A DNA stretch of 44,751 nt from an uncultured bacterium (lineage in GTDB: Bacteria; Actinomycetota; Acidimicrobiia; Spongiisociales; ZC4RG35): NCBI GenBank assembly GCA_965364515.1, contig CBDTXZ010000003.1:1-44751 (forward strand). The letters are read 5' to 3'. The notes under the pieces are model-generated. The model was not told where the DNA came from. It ran no database searches and worked only from the letters and a program-made list of their open reading frames with translations. This document shows positions 18,896-27,535 of this stretch, one piece after another. Both the position numbers and the translations under genes were made by a program. Every line of letters begins with the position of its first letter. The stretch's first letter is position 1.

Positions 18896-21238
18896 ATGGG
18901 CCAACCAGGCGAGCTTCAGCGTGATCTCGGGTTCTGGAGTGCGCTGACGATCGGCGCTGGGACCATGATCGGTGCCGGCATCTTCCTGCTCGCCGGGCGC
19001 GCAATCGAGGCGGCCGGTCCGGCAGCCGCACTGTCGTACGCGTTCGCCGGTGTGGTGTGCATACTGACCGCCGCCGCCGCCGCCGAGCTGGCCACCGGCA
19101 TGCCCACCTCGGGCGGCGACTACTACTTCGTGTCCCGGTCTCTCGGTGCCGCATTCGGTGCCATCTCAGGTGTGGGAATCTGGCTCTCGTTGACGGTGGC
19201 GATCGCCTTCTATCTGGTCGGCACCGGAGAGTTCCTCTCCCAGGTCAGTCCGGTGCCGGCCGTGGTTGGTGCCCTGGCGGGCACCGCACTGTTGCTGATC
19301 CTCAACATCGTCGGAGCCAAGGTCTCTGGCTCGGCTCAGATCGTGATCGTGCTCGCACTCATGGTGATCCTCGGTGTCTTCGTCGTCGGGGGGATCCTCG
19401 AGGCCGATCAGGCCAATCTCGCCCCGTTCTTCCCGGAGGGCGGGGGAGCGGTCCTGTCCACGACGGCGCTCGTGTTCGTGTCGTTTCTCGGATTCGTCAA
19501 GATCGCCGCGGTGGCGGAGGAGATCAAGGAGCCGAGCAAGAACCTCCCTCGGGCCCTGATGGGATCGGTGGCGCTCGTCACCGTGCTCTACGTGCTCATC
19601 GTGCTCGTCGTCGCAGGTGTCTTCACCCAGGAGACGATCCGAGAGGTACCCGACCCCCTGACGCGGACTGCACGGCTTGCGTTCGGTGGCGTGGGCGCCA
19701 CCGGCATCATCGTTGCCGGGCTGTTCGCCACGCTGTCGTCGGCGAACGCCTCGATCCTCGCCGCCTCCCGCATCAATCTCGCGATGTCGAGGGATGGATT
19801 GTTCCCCGAGCGCCTCGCCGAGATCAGCGCGCGCTTCGTCACGCCTCTGAGGGCGATCGTCCTGACGTCCACGATCGCTGCCGTCCTGATCGTCGCGCTG
19901 CCGAACATCGAAGAACTCGCCAAGATCGCGTCTTCGCTGCAGCTGTATTCCTATGCCGCGATCAATGTCGGAGCCGTCGCCCTGCGCGCAGCGGATCCGC
20001 CGTGGTATCGGCCGACGTTCCGCGTCCCCTTCTCGCCGGTGCCACAGATCATCGGGGCCCTCGGGTGTGTGGCGATCATCGGGTTCTCAGGAACCACGGC
20101 ACAGCTCGCGGTGCTCGGCCTCATCGGCCTCAGCCTCCTGTGGTACTTCGTCCGCCGGGATGGAGTCGACTTCGAGTCGGCCGTACCTCGTCTCCGGCTG
20201 CGGTGGAACCAACTCGGCCTTCGATCCCTCTTCTCGCCACCGACCCGCATGGAGATCGAAGCGGCTGAGAAGCCGATCGCTCCCCTCGAGCACATCGTTG
20301 GAGCGGAGGACCCCCGGACCGTGGCGGTGGCGCTCGCGAACCCTGCAACCGAACGCTCGCTCCTCCTGCTCGGACGGTTCGTGGCCACCGGTTCGACCGA
20401 ACCCGGGAGAGTGCTGGCGCTCCGACTCGTCCAGGTGCCACGCCAAACCCCCCTGGGAGCGGTCCGCAACGATGCCGGGGTGGTGAGTGCTGCCCGGGAG
20501 TCGCTGCAACGTGCGGTTGCGGGACTTCCGGTCTCGGCTTCGAACGGTGACCGACCGCTCGACGCGACGTCGGTCGATGTCGTTGTGGAGCCCGCCCACG
20601 ACGTGGCGACGGGCCTGGTCGATCAAACCGTGTTTTCGGGTGCGGACCTCCTGGTGCTCGGCTGGCACGGTGGATTCTCGCTCGGGCGCATCGCAGATTC
20701 ACCCGTACGTCGCGTCGTGGCGGGGCTTCCGGCCGACTTCGCAGTCCTGAAGGATCGGGGGATGGACCGGCTCGAACGCATCCTCGTCCCATGGGGCGGC
20801 GGTCGCCATGCCCGATTGGGTCTCGAGTTGGCATTGCGCATCGCGTCCGCCTCGGGCGCGCACGTCGATCTCCTGAGGGCGGTGCGGACCGATGTCGATC
20901 CGGACCGCGAGCGGGCTTCGGTCAGAGATGACATCGAGTCGCTCGTTGGTCAAGTCGACGTACCGGTCGAGATCCTGGTCGAGCGGTCCCAGGACGTCGT
21001 GGCTTCGATCGTCGAGTCGGCACGACAGGGCAGTCACGATCTGCTGGTCATCGGCGCGTCAGGCGAGTCCGGTCTCCGGACGGTGCTCTTCGGGACGATT
21101 CCGGACATCGTCGCCGATCGCGCCCCGTGTTCGGTCTTGCTGGTTCGCCGGTACGTTCCGGAGCACTGGGCGTACAAGACCTCCGAGCGCTTCAAGCGGC
21201 TGCGCGAGCAGGTCGGTCTCACGTCTTCGGCGGAGTGA
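18896..21238 (+). CDS. APC-family amino acid permease with C-terminal universal stress protein domains
   Basis: GTMIGAGIF, AELATGMPTSGG.Y, AEEIKEPSKNLP, ASRI..AMSRDG; C-terminal VALANP..DLLVLGW and ILVPWGGG..DLLVIGAS..FGTIP..APCSVL. Confidence 0.92.
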   Translation: MGQPGELQRDLGFWSALTIGAGTMIGAGIFLLAGRAIEAAGPAAALSYAFAGVVCILTAAAAAELATGMPTSGGDYYFVSRSLGAAFGAISGVGIWLSLTVAIAFYLVGTGEFLSQVSPVPAVVGALAGTALLLILNIVGAKVSGSAQIVIVLALMVILGVFVVGGILEADQANLAPFFPEGGGAVLSTTALVFVSFLGFVKIAAVAEEIKEPSKNLPRALMGSVALVTVLYVLIVLVVAGVFTQETIREVPDPLTRTARLAFGGVGATGIIVAGLFATLSSANASILAASRINLAMSRDGLFPERLAEISARFVTPLRAIVLTSTIAAVLIVALPNIEELAKIASSLQLYSYAAINVGAVALRAADPPWYRPTFRVPFSPVPQIIGALGCVAIIGFSGTTAQLAVLGLIGLSLLWYFVRRDGVDFESAVPRLRLRWNQLGLRSLFSPPTRMEIEAAEKPIAPLEHIVGAEDPRTVAVALANPATERSLLLLGRFVATGSTEPGRVLALRLVQVPRQTPLGAVRNDAGVVSAARESLQRAVAGLPVSASNGDRPLDATSVDVVVEPAHDVATGLVDQTVFSGADLLVLGWHGGFSLGRIADSPVRRVVAGLPADFAVLKDRGMDRLERILVPWGGGRHARLGLELALRIASASGAHVDLLRAVRTDVDPDRERASVRDDIESLVGQVDVPVEILVERSQDVVASIVESARQGSHDLLVIGASGESGLRTVLFGTIPDIVADRAPCSVLLVRRYVPEHWAYKTSERFKRLREQVGLTSSAE

Positions 21239-21349
21239 CGTCTGCGCCCGGACCTCACCCCGCGGTGTGGCCCGGGTCGACGGACGAGAGCGCGTACCCT
21301 CTCGACACCAGATGCCGATTGAACGACCCCCCAGAACGAAGCCGGCGCC

Positions 21350-22774
21350 GTGGACGGCCTGACCGCGGTTCGTGAGGCCGCGCGCCGGTATGCCGCTGCG
21401 GTCGCCGATCTGCTGCGTCGGGCCGCCGAGACCGACCCATCGGCATTCTCGACGTGCAGGCAAGCGTACGAACAGGACGGTGCCTCCATCGGCGAACTTC
21501 CGGAGAAGGACGCGCGGCTCCTCATCTCCTATGTGGCGACATCCGATTTCGAAGTGGACTTCGACGAGATCGAGTGGCTCAGCGACGGTGTCCACACCCG
21601 GTCCGATCTCGAGGCTCTCGAAGCCACCGACACCGGGCAGGAGGCCATCGGGCCCTTGAAGGACTCCATCCAGAGGATGTCCGACACCGTCACGAACGGA
21701 TCGGTCGGGTACCGCCTGCTCGTGTTGTTCGATCATCTCGCAGGCACCCGATTCTCCTCGGAGTGTGCACAGGCGGCGATGTCGCTCGTGTCAACGGTCG
21801 CTGCGGTGGACGGAGCTCCCAACGCATTGGAACTCGAAGCCATCGACCAGCTCCGTCAGGCGATGCGGAAGTACGCCCGCGACACCGGCCTCGCCGATTT
21901 CGACGCAGCCGGAGGAGTGCACGGGATTCACGGGGAGACCCCGACATCGCACGACGCCGAAACGTCCGGAGGGCTCCGAACGATGGAGGAGCTGATCGCC
22001 GAGTTGGACACGCTGATCGGTCTCGAAGGCGTCAAAGCCGAGGTGCGGCAACTCGCCGACTTCATCCACATCCAGAACTTGCGCAGCACGGTCGGCCTGC
22101 CGACCCAGGACGTGTCCTATCACCTCGTATTCACCGGAAATCCGGGCACCGGTAAGACGACGGTTGCCCGATTGTTCGCCGAGATCCTCGGGACCCTTGG
22201 GGTCGTGTCCTCGGGGCATCTCATCGAGGTCGAGCGGTCTCAGCTGGTGGGGCATTACATCGGTCAGACGGCTCCAAAGGTTCGTGAGCGGGTCGAGGAG
22301 GCTCTCGGGGGTGTTCTCTTCATCGACGAGGCGTATTCACTGGCCGGGAAGGGAGAGCAGGATTACGGGAACGAAGCCATCGACACACTCGTGAAGCTCA
22401 TGGAGGATCACCGTCGTGACCTCGTGGTGGTCGTTGCCGGCTACCCAGCGCCGATGAACCGATTCCTCGATTCCAACCCGGGAATCGCTTCTCGGTTTCG
22501 CCGAACGCTCCACTTCGGGGACTTCACCGATGACGAGTTGGTGGCGATCTTCGAGAAGATCTGTGGGGACGGGGGATACGAGCTCACCGAGAAGGCGGCC
22601 GAGCGTCTACTCGAGCGGCTTGCCGCAACCGAGCGGGGCCCGGGGTTCGGAAATGCCAGGCTCGTGCGGAACTGGTACGAGGATGCACTCGGTCGTCAGG
22701 CGAGCAGGCTCGTCGGCAGCGGCGAGACCGACATCGACGCTCTGAGGACCCTGCGAGCATCGGACCTGGGCTGA
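21350..22774 (+). CDS. CbbX/SpoVK/EccA-type AAA+ ATPase with N-terminal helical (TerB-like) region
   Basis: [61 protein letters not shown]. Confidence 0.9.
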   Translation: MDGLTAVREAARRYAAAVADLLRRAAETDPSAFSTCRQAYEQDGASIGELPEKDARLLISYVATSDFEVDFDEIEWLSDGVHTRSDLEALEATDTGQEAIGPLKDSIQRMSDTVTNGSVGYRLLVLFDHLAGTRFSSECAQAAMSLVSTVAAVDGAPNALELEAIDQLRQAMRKYARDTGLADFDAAGGVHGIHGETPTSHDAETSGGLRTMEELIAELDTLIGLEGVKAEVRQLADFIHIQNLRSTVGLPTQDVSYHLVFTGNPGTGKTTVARLFAEILGTLGVVSSGHLIEVERSQLVGHYIGQTAPKVRERVEEALGGVLFIDEAYSLAGKGEQDYGNEAIDTLVKLMEDHRRDLVVVVAGYPAPMNRFLDSNPGIASRFRRTLHFGDFTDDELVAIFEKICGDGGYELTEKAAERLLERLAATERGPGFGNARLVRNWYEDALGRQASRLVGSGETDIDALRTLRASDLG

Positions 22775-22785
22775 TTGCACAGCCG

Positions 22786-23196
22786 TCAGACCTGATCGAA
22801 CTTCCTCACGACCCGCATCACGAGCCCTTCGACCACCGACCATCCGACCAATGCGGCGAGCATCACGGCGTTAAAGCCCTCACCGGCGATGGAGCCGAAT
22901 CCGTCGCCTCCGAAACCGAGCCCGTTGCCGATCCCCTCGACCGGGGCGGCGAGGAGATCTGAGTAGGTCACGATCATTTCGCCGATGGAGCTGTCGAGCG
23001 GGATCACACCCAGGTCCAAGAGGATTCGGGCGACGAGGACGAGTTGGACAACGGCAAAGGCGAGTGCGACCGCTCTGCGAAGCAGTCGTGACAGATCGAA
23101 ACCGCTCTCGGCACGTGGTGGTGTCGAGAACGACCTCAGTGCATGCCTCCCGATTGCGCCGTGGCGAACCTGACCGAACGGCACAGCGCGCATCAA
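22786..23196 (-). CDS. Small YggT-like membrane protein
   Basis: Two hydrophobic segments, LVARILL..YSDLLAAP..I. Start uncertain; a GGGAGG precedes an in-frame CTG at 23139. Confidence 0.65.
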   Translation of the reverse strand: MMRAVPFGQVRHGAIGRHALRSFSTPPRAESGFDLSRLLRRAVALAFAVVQLVLVARILLDLGVIPLDSSIGEMIVTYSDLLAAPVEGIGNGLGFGGDGFGSIAGEGFNAVMLAALVGWSVVEGLVMRVVRKFDQV

Positions 23197-23390
23197 GGAA
23201 GCGGTGCTGCGTTCGACCCCAAAAGCACTTCCGACGCGCCGCCTCGGCGCGCCTGGAGCGAAGGAGAGCTCTCGTCATCGAGTTGGCGAACAGGTCTCCG
23301 CCCGGCACGACTGTGTGGAACGTGAGCACACCTCCTACTTTCGGCCCTTTCCACTCGTTCAGAACCATCGCACGTTGATTCGGAGGTCGA

Positions 23391-24638
23391 ATGATGGATG
23401 GCAGTGACGTTTCAACCGGGGGGACGACCGTTCTGGACGCCGCCATGGCCTACGCCCGGTTCGGGTGGTCGGTGATCCCGGTACACACCCCCGAAGGGGC
23501 GGCGTGTTCCTGCCAGGACGGCAGTTGTCGCTCCGTCGGCAAGCACCCCAGGGTGCCATGGGAGCAGTGGATGGAGCGACCGGCGCCATCGGACCGTTTG
23601 CGGGCCTGGTGGAGACGGTGGCCGGATTCGAACGTTGGCGTCGTGACGGGTCTCGTGTCCGGGATCGCCGTGATCGACATCGACCCCCGCAACGACGGGG
23701 ATCGGAGCCTTCGGGACCTCGAGTCCCGCTGGGATGTCCTTCCGGTGACGACGGAGGTTCGAACCGGTGGCGGAGGTACCCATCTCTGGTTCCGGCTCGG
23801 TGTCGACGTGGCCTCGAGCGTGCTCGCATCGGGCGTCGAGTTGAAGGCTGGTGGCGGGATGGTCGTTGCGCCTCCGAGCCTCCACGAGAGCGGCCAGCGG
23901 TACGTCTGGCGACCCGGTGGGCACCCCGACGAGCTTCAACCGTCGAGACTCCCGGAGTGGGTCGCCGATCTCGCAGCCGGGAGGACTCGGCATGCCGCCC
24001 TACCCGTCACGGTTCGTACCGCTGCAGAACGAGAGGAGTTCAGGTCCGCTTGGGAGCGTGCCGAGATCGAGTTGCGTCCCGGGGATCGGTACTACAGATG
24101 CCCCTTCCACGACGATCACCACCCGTCCCTCCACATCGATGCCGAGGGCTGTCGGTGGTATTGCTTCGGCTGCGGTGAAGGTGGGGGGATCGGACGCCTT
24201 GCGGAGAGGCTGGGAGAGGATCGAAGGCCCCGACCACGCTCTCGACTGCGTCAGCAGATGACATCGGGTCGTTCGATCACACTCCGAGGTGACCACGAGG
24301 TCGATGTGGTTGGCGAGTCACGCCACCAGGACGAGCTCCTCCTCCTGACGGGTGGTCGACGCCGATACGGTGGCGTGGACGCCGAGTGCGTTGCGGAGCT
24401 CGTCCCGGAGCCCGCGAACCGCTTCGATCCAAAAGCGATCGGCGTGTACATCGATGGTCACCATGTCGGGTACATCCGCCGAGGCGATGTCACATGGCTG
24501 CGGCCCCACATCGAGGAGAGCCGCGCTCTCTACGGACTCTCCACATGCCGGGCAGTGATTCGCGGTGGCTGGGACAGGGGGCACGGCGCAGTCGGCATGT
24601 TCGGTGTCACATTGCTCCTCCCCGGTCCCGGCGATTGA
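23391..24638 (+). CDS. Bifunctional DNA primase/polymerase (Prim-Pol) fused to CHC2 zinc finger and HIRAN domain
   Basis: GWSVIP, CSC..C..GKHP, NVGVVTG, DIDPR, TGGGGTHLWF, VVAPPSLH; RCPFHDDHHPS..WYCFGCG; VVGES..LVPEPANRFDPKAIGVY..HVGYI. GGAGG RBS. Confidence 0.85.
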   Translation: MMDGSDVSTGGTTVLDAAMAYARFGWSVIPVHTPEGAACSCQDGSCRSVGKHPRVPWEQWMERPAPSDRLRAWWRRWPDSNVGVVTGLVSGIAVIDIDPRNDGDRSLRDLESRWDVLPVTTEVRTGGGGTHLWFRLGVDVASSVLASGVELKAGGGMVVAPPSLHESGQRYVWRPGGHPDELQPSRLPEWVADLAAGRTRHAALPVTVRTAAEREEFRSAWERAEIELRPGDRYYRCPFHDDHHPSLHIDAEGCRWYCFGCGEGGGIGRLAERLGEDRRPRPRSRLRQQMTSGRSITLRGDHEVDVVGESRHQDELLLLTGGRRRYGGVDAECVAELVPEPANRFDPKAIGVYIDGHHVGYIRRGDVTWLRPHIEESRALYGLSTCRAVIRGGWDRGHGAVGMFGVTLLLPGPGD

Positions 24639-24730
24639 AACGACGAACGCCATCAGGTCACCAATCATCTGGTACGCATGGAACTGGAGGCACGGTGGGC
24701 GGCATGTGAAGGTGCAGCCGGCGTCACGAC

Positions 24731-24765
24731 GAGACGGGGATGGCCCTCAGGGCCATCCCCGTCTC
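24731..24765. terminator. Perfect inverted repeat between convergent genes, likely bidirectional terminator
   Basis: GAGACGGGGATGGCCCT-C-AGGGCCATCCCCGTCTC. Confidence 0.75.
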
Positions 24766-24784
24766 TGATCCCCCCAGGTCCGAC

Positions 24785-25270
24785 TCAACGAGCGGATTCC
24801 GGATACACCCCGTCGGCGTGTCCGACGAACACCGGAACGTAGACGACTCCATCGATCTGACGTGGTCCGATCACCAGTGGTGAAGACTCCGTCACCGGGA
24901 GATCGCCGCCCGACTGACCGACCCACTCCGGCAGATAGGCGAATCCTTCCAGCTGCCGATCGCCCAGCACCAACGGCGACGATTCGATTGCGACCAGATC
25001 GCCACCCGACGCTCCCACATACTCCGGGACGAACACGACACCGAAGTGACGCGGTCCCAGAACCAGGGTGCTGTCTGCCTCGGGTTCGTTCGGCTGTGTC
25101 ATCAGGATCGTTGCCATCAAGGCGACGACTGCGACCAACACGACAGCCATCGTCCACTCGAACCACCGGATGCGGCCCACCGGTTCCACCGGCGGTCGCT
25201 TCACATCGATCGGGTGCTCCAGCAACTCTTCGTTGCGCTCGGAGGTCACCGGCTCTTGCATCAGAGTCAT
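24785..25270 (-). CDS. Single-pass membrane protein with three ~31-aa repeats
   Basis: AAAGGAG RBS before ATG 25270; one TM segment; repeats of S.LV(L/I)G.R...G..(F/Y).P..VG..GGDL. Confidence 0.75.
   Translation of the reverse strand: MTLMQEPVTSERNEELLEHPIDVKRPPVEPVGRIRWFEWTMAVVLVAVVALMATILMTQPNEPEADSTLVLGPRHFGVVFVPEYVGASGGDLVAIESSPLVLGDRQLEGFAYLPEWVGQSGGDLPVTESSPLVIGPRQIDGVVYVPVFVGHADGVYPESAR
24809..25072 (-). repeat. Intragenic degenerate tandem repeat, 3 copies of ~93-96 nt
   Basis: STLVLGPRHFGVVFVPEYVGASGGDLVAIE / SSPLVLGDRQLEGFAYLPEWVGQSGGDLPVTE / SSPLVIGPRQIDGVVYVPVFVGHADG; boundaries approximate. Confidence 0.75.
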
Positions 25271-25409
25271 GCTCGGCTCCTTTCCGAAACCGTCCTTTCC
25301 ATGAGTACAGGGTCGCGCCGGGCGCTTGAAGACCCCTGGCTGGCGGCTTGCCAAGTGCTGCCGAAGGTCTCTGGCGCTCCGGACTCGGATCTGACACCCT
25401 GAGAGGGAA

Positions 25410-26183
25410 GTGATCGACATCCGTCTCCTTGGTCCTGTGGAACTGGCGATCGCCGGTTCAACCGTCCACATCGGTGGGGACCTTCCACAGACGTTGCTGG
25501 CGGCTCTCGCAGTCGACATCGGCCATGCCGTTCCGGTGGATCGCCTCATCGAGGACATGTGGGGAGATGATCCACCCGATGCGGTGGAAGCCGACCTACA
25601 GTCCCACATCTCACGGCTCAGAGCGTTCATCGGACCGTCGAGCCTTCGTGCCGCCGACCACACCTACGTGCTCGCCCTCGAGCCCGAGGTCGTCGATGCC
25701 GTTCGGTTCGAACGTCTCGTTCTCGCCGCTGAGCGAGCGCTTCCCGACGACCCGGGCAGCGCATTGGATGCATGTATCGCGGGGATGGCGCTGTGGCGGG
25801 GTATGCCGTTCGGGAGCCTGGCCGAGCTGTCGTTCCTGCAACCCGCCGCGAACCGGCTGCTCGAGCTGCGGAACTCGGCGATCGAGATTCGCCTCGAAGC
25901 CGATCTCGCATTGGGGCGACATGCCCGAGCGATCCCGCTGCTGGAGACGCTGGTCACGGAGCATCCGTATCGGGAGCGCCTCTGGTATCTCCTTGCAGAC
26001 GCCCTCGCCAGGGACGGTCGGCGAGTCGAATCGCTCAGGTCGCTCCGTCGTCTCGAACGTGTCCTCGGAGGTGCCGGGCTGACTCCCAGCCGGGAGATCC
26101 GCGACCTCGAACAGGAGATCATCGACGAGGTTCCGCCGCACATAGCCACACTCGCTCGTTATCCGGCTGCCGGTCCCGCATAG
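25410..26183 (+). CDS. SARP/AfsR-family transcriptional regulator (wHTH + BTAD)
   Basis: IRLLGP, DRLIEDMW, LQSHISRLR, VDAVRFE, ALWRG, HPYRE, G..PS..R.L...I. Confidence 0.92.
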   Translation: MIDIRLLGPVELAIAGSTVHIGGDLPQTLLAALAVDIGHAVPVDRLIEDMWGDDPPDAVEADLQSHISRLRAFIGPSSLRAADHTYVLALEPEVVDAVRFERLVLAAERALPDDPGSALDACIAGMALWRGMPFGSLAELSFLQPAANRLLELRNSAIEIRLEADLALGRHARAIPLLETLVTEHPYRERLWYLLADALARDGRRVESLRSLRRLERVLGGAGLTPSREIRDLEQEIIDEVPPHIATLARYPAAGPA

Positions 26184-26277
26184 CCGGCGAGCCTGCAATG
26201 GATTGCAGAAGGTGACATCCGCCTCTTGCCACGCAATCCGTCGATCCGTCGGATGGACATGAGAAAGGAGGTGTCTC

Positions 26278-26784
26278 GTGGTATCGAGCCAAGGCACTTC
26301 GTACAAGGGGACGAGGGGCGCGGCCTGGGGCTTCTTCGAGTGGGTTTCCGGCATCCTCGGTGGGATCGGGGTGTTCGTCGGTCTCTTCGTGTTGTTCGGT
26401 GGTGAGGACGAGTACGTGGGTCTGGGCGGCGACCTCTCATGGCGAGTTGGTGACATCTCGTCGGCGTGGGCCTATGGCCTCCTGATCGGGGGACTGGCGT
26501 TGCTCGCCGTCGCCGTGTTCCTTGCGATCCTGGGTCGTAGCCGAGTGCGTGTCGAGCCGACTTCGAGGTCGGACCTCATACTGCATGCCGGGATCTTCGC
26601 CGCGGTGAATGCATTCGTGTGGATCCAGGACTTCGCCATCGGCGGCGGACTCGACTATGCGCTGTGGGTCACGATTCCGTGGGCGTTCGCGCTCGTGGTG
26701 CACGCCGGAATCCACATGTTCGCTCCAAGCGAGAAGGAGCAACAGCTCTCCGCTTCAGAGGCGGACCGGCTCCAGCCTCACTGA
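26278..26784 (+). CDS. Membrane protein with C-terminal 2TM-like domain
   Basis: AAAGGAGGT RBS; LHAGIFAAVN...W..IPW...L..H pattern. Confidence 0.78.
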   Translation: MVSSQGTSYKGTRGAAWGFFEWVSGILGGIGVFVGLFVLFGGEDEYVGLGGDLSWRVGDISSAWAYGLLIGGLALLAVAVFLAILGRSRVRVEPTSRSDLILHAGIFAAVNAFVWIQDFAIGGGLDYALWVTIPWAFALVVHAGIHMFAPSEKEQQLSASEADRLQPH

Positions 26785-26819
26785 CGCATACACCGGGGAT
26801 CAGTCCTCCTCGAGACGCG

Positions 26820-26850
26820 TTCGAGGGGCCCTCGATGAGGGCCCCTCGAA
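26820..26850. terminator. Perfect inverted repeat between convergent genes, likely bidirectional terminator
   Basis: TTCGAGGGGCCCTC-GAT-GAGGGCCCCTCGAA. Confidence 0.75.
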
Positions 26851-26863
26851 TCTCGGCGTCGAC

Positions 26864-27331
26864 TCAGGAAACGAGCCGGATCGTGAAGGGGTACCGGTAC
26901 TGCTCACCGTCGGCGCTCCTGATCGCAGCGATGATGACCAGAACGAACCACGCGATGAACACGGCTGGCAGCGCGATGATCCCGATGAGGAGAAGCACCG
27001 AGATGCCTGCCGCAACGGCGTAGATCAACATGGAGATGTTGAAGTTGAGCGCTTCTTTGGCCTGAGCTTCCACGTACGGGTCGTCCTTCTTCGCCAGCCA
27101 CACCACCAGCGGTCCAAGCAGGGATGGAATCCCGAGGAACATCACGAAAGCAGAGAGGTGCGCGAGCGTCGCCCAGTTCCGGGACTCGTTCGTGATCGCG
27201 AAGCCTTGGGAGTGTGCTTCCGTCTGAGACACCGTTGCGTCCTGGGTCGGGCTGTCGGAGGCTGCTGCCTCCTGGGCGGACTCGTTCTCGACTTCGTCCG
27301 AGATCGGGGCCGATTGGGCATCGTTCGTCAT
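26864..27331 (-). CDS. DUF4870-family membrane protein
   Basis: WATLAHLS, GPLVVWL.KKD, QAKEALNFNIS, G..YRYP.TIRL; AAAGGAG RBS. Confidence 0.88.
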   Translation of the reverse strand: MTNDAQSAPISDEVENESAQEAAASDSPTQDATVSQTEAHSQGFAITNESRNWATLAHLSAFVMFLGIPSLLGPLVVWLAKKDDPYVEAQAKEALNFNISMLIYAVAAGISVLLLIGIIALPAVFIAWFVLVIIAAIRSADGEQYRYPFTIRLVS

Positions 27332-27393
27332 GATGATTGCTCCTTTGATGGTTGCTGTTGTCGCCATCTTCGGAGATGTCGTGGGCGGTCGCC

Positions 27394-27421
27394 ATTGGGG
27401 ATGACCCCATGTCGACCCTGA
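27394..27421. promoter_or_regulatory. 7-4-7 palindrome plus adjacent half-site, candidate operator
   Basis: ATTGGGG-ATGA-CCCCATG followed by TCGACCCTGA, 62 nt upstream of the DUF4870 gene. Confidence 0.5.
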
Positions 27422-27535
27422 GCACCCCACCAGATCTCGGGGTCATGGGTCAGGGGCGAGCATGGCCGGTGCTGGATCCATGACCTCTCGAAGACTCGCC
27501 GGGTGTCGGGCCAACGGCAAGCGACCCCGACTCGC

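Noticed and set aside
18896-21238. APC permease-USP fusion as a novelty
   Set aside because: This architecture is already known from haloarchaea and various bacteria.
23200-23390. LexA/SOS box upstream of the Prim-Pol gene
   Set aside because: No match to the actinobacterial TCGAAC-N4-GTTCGA consensus.
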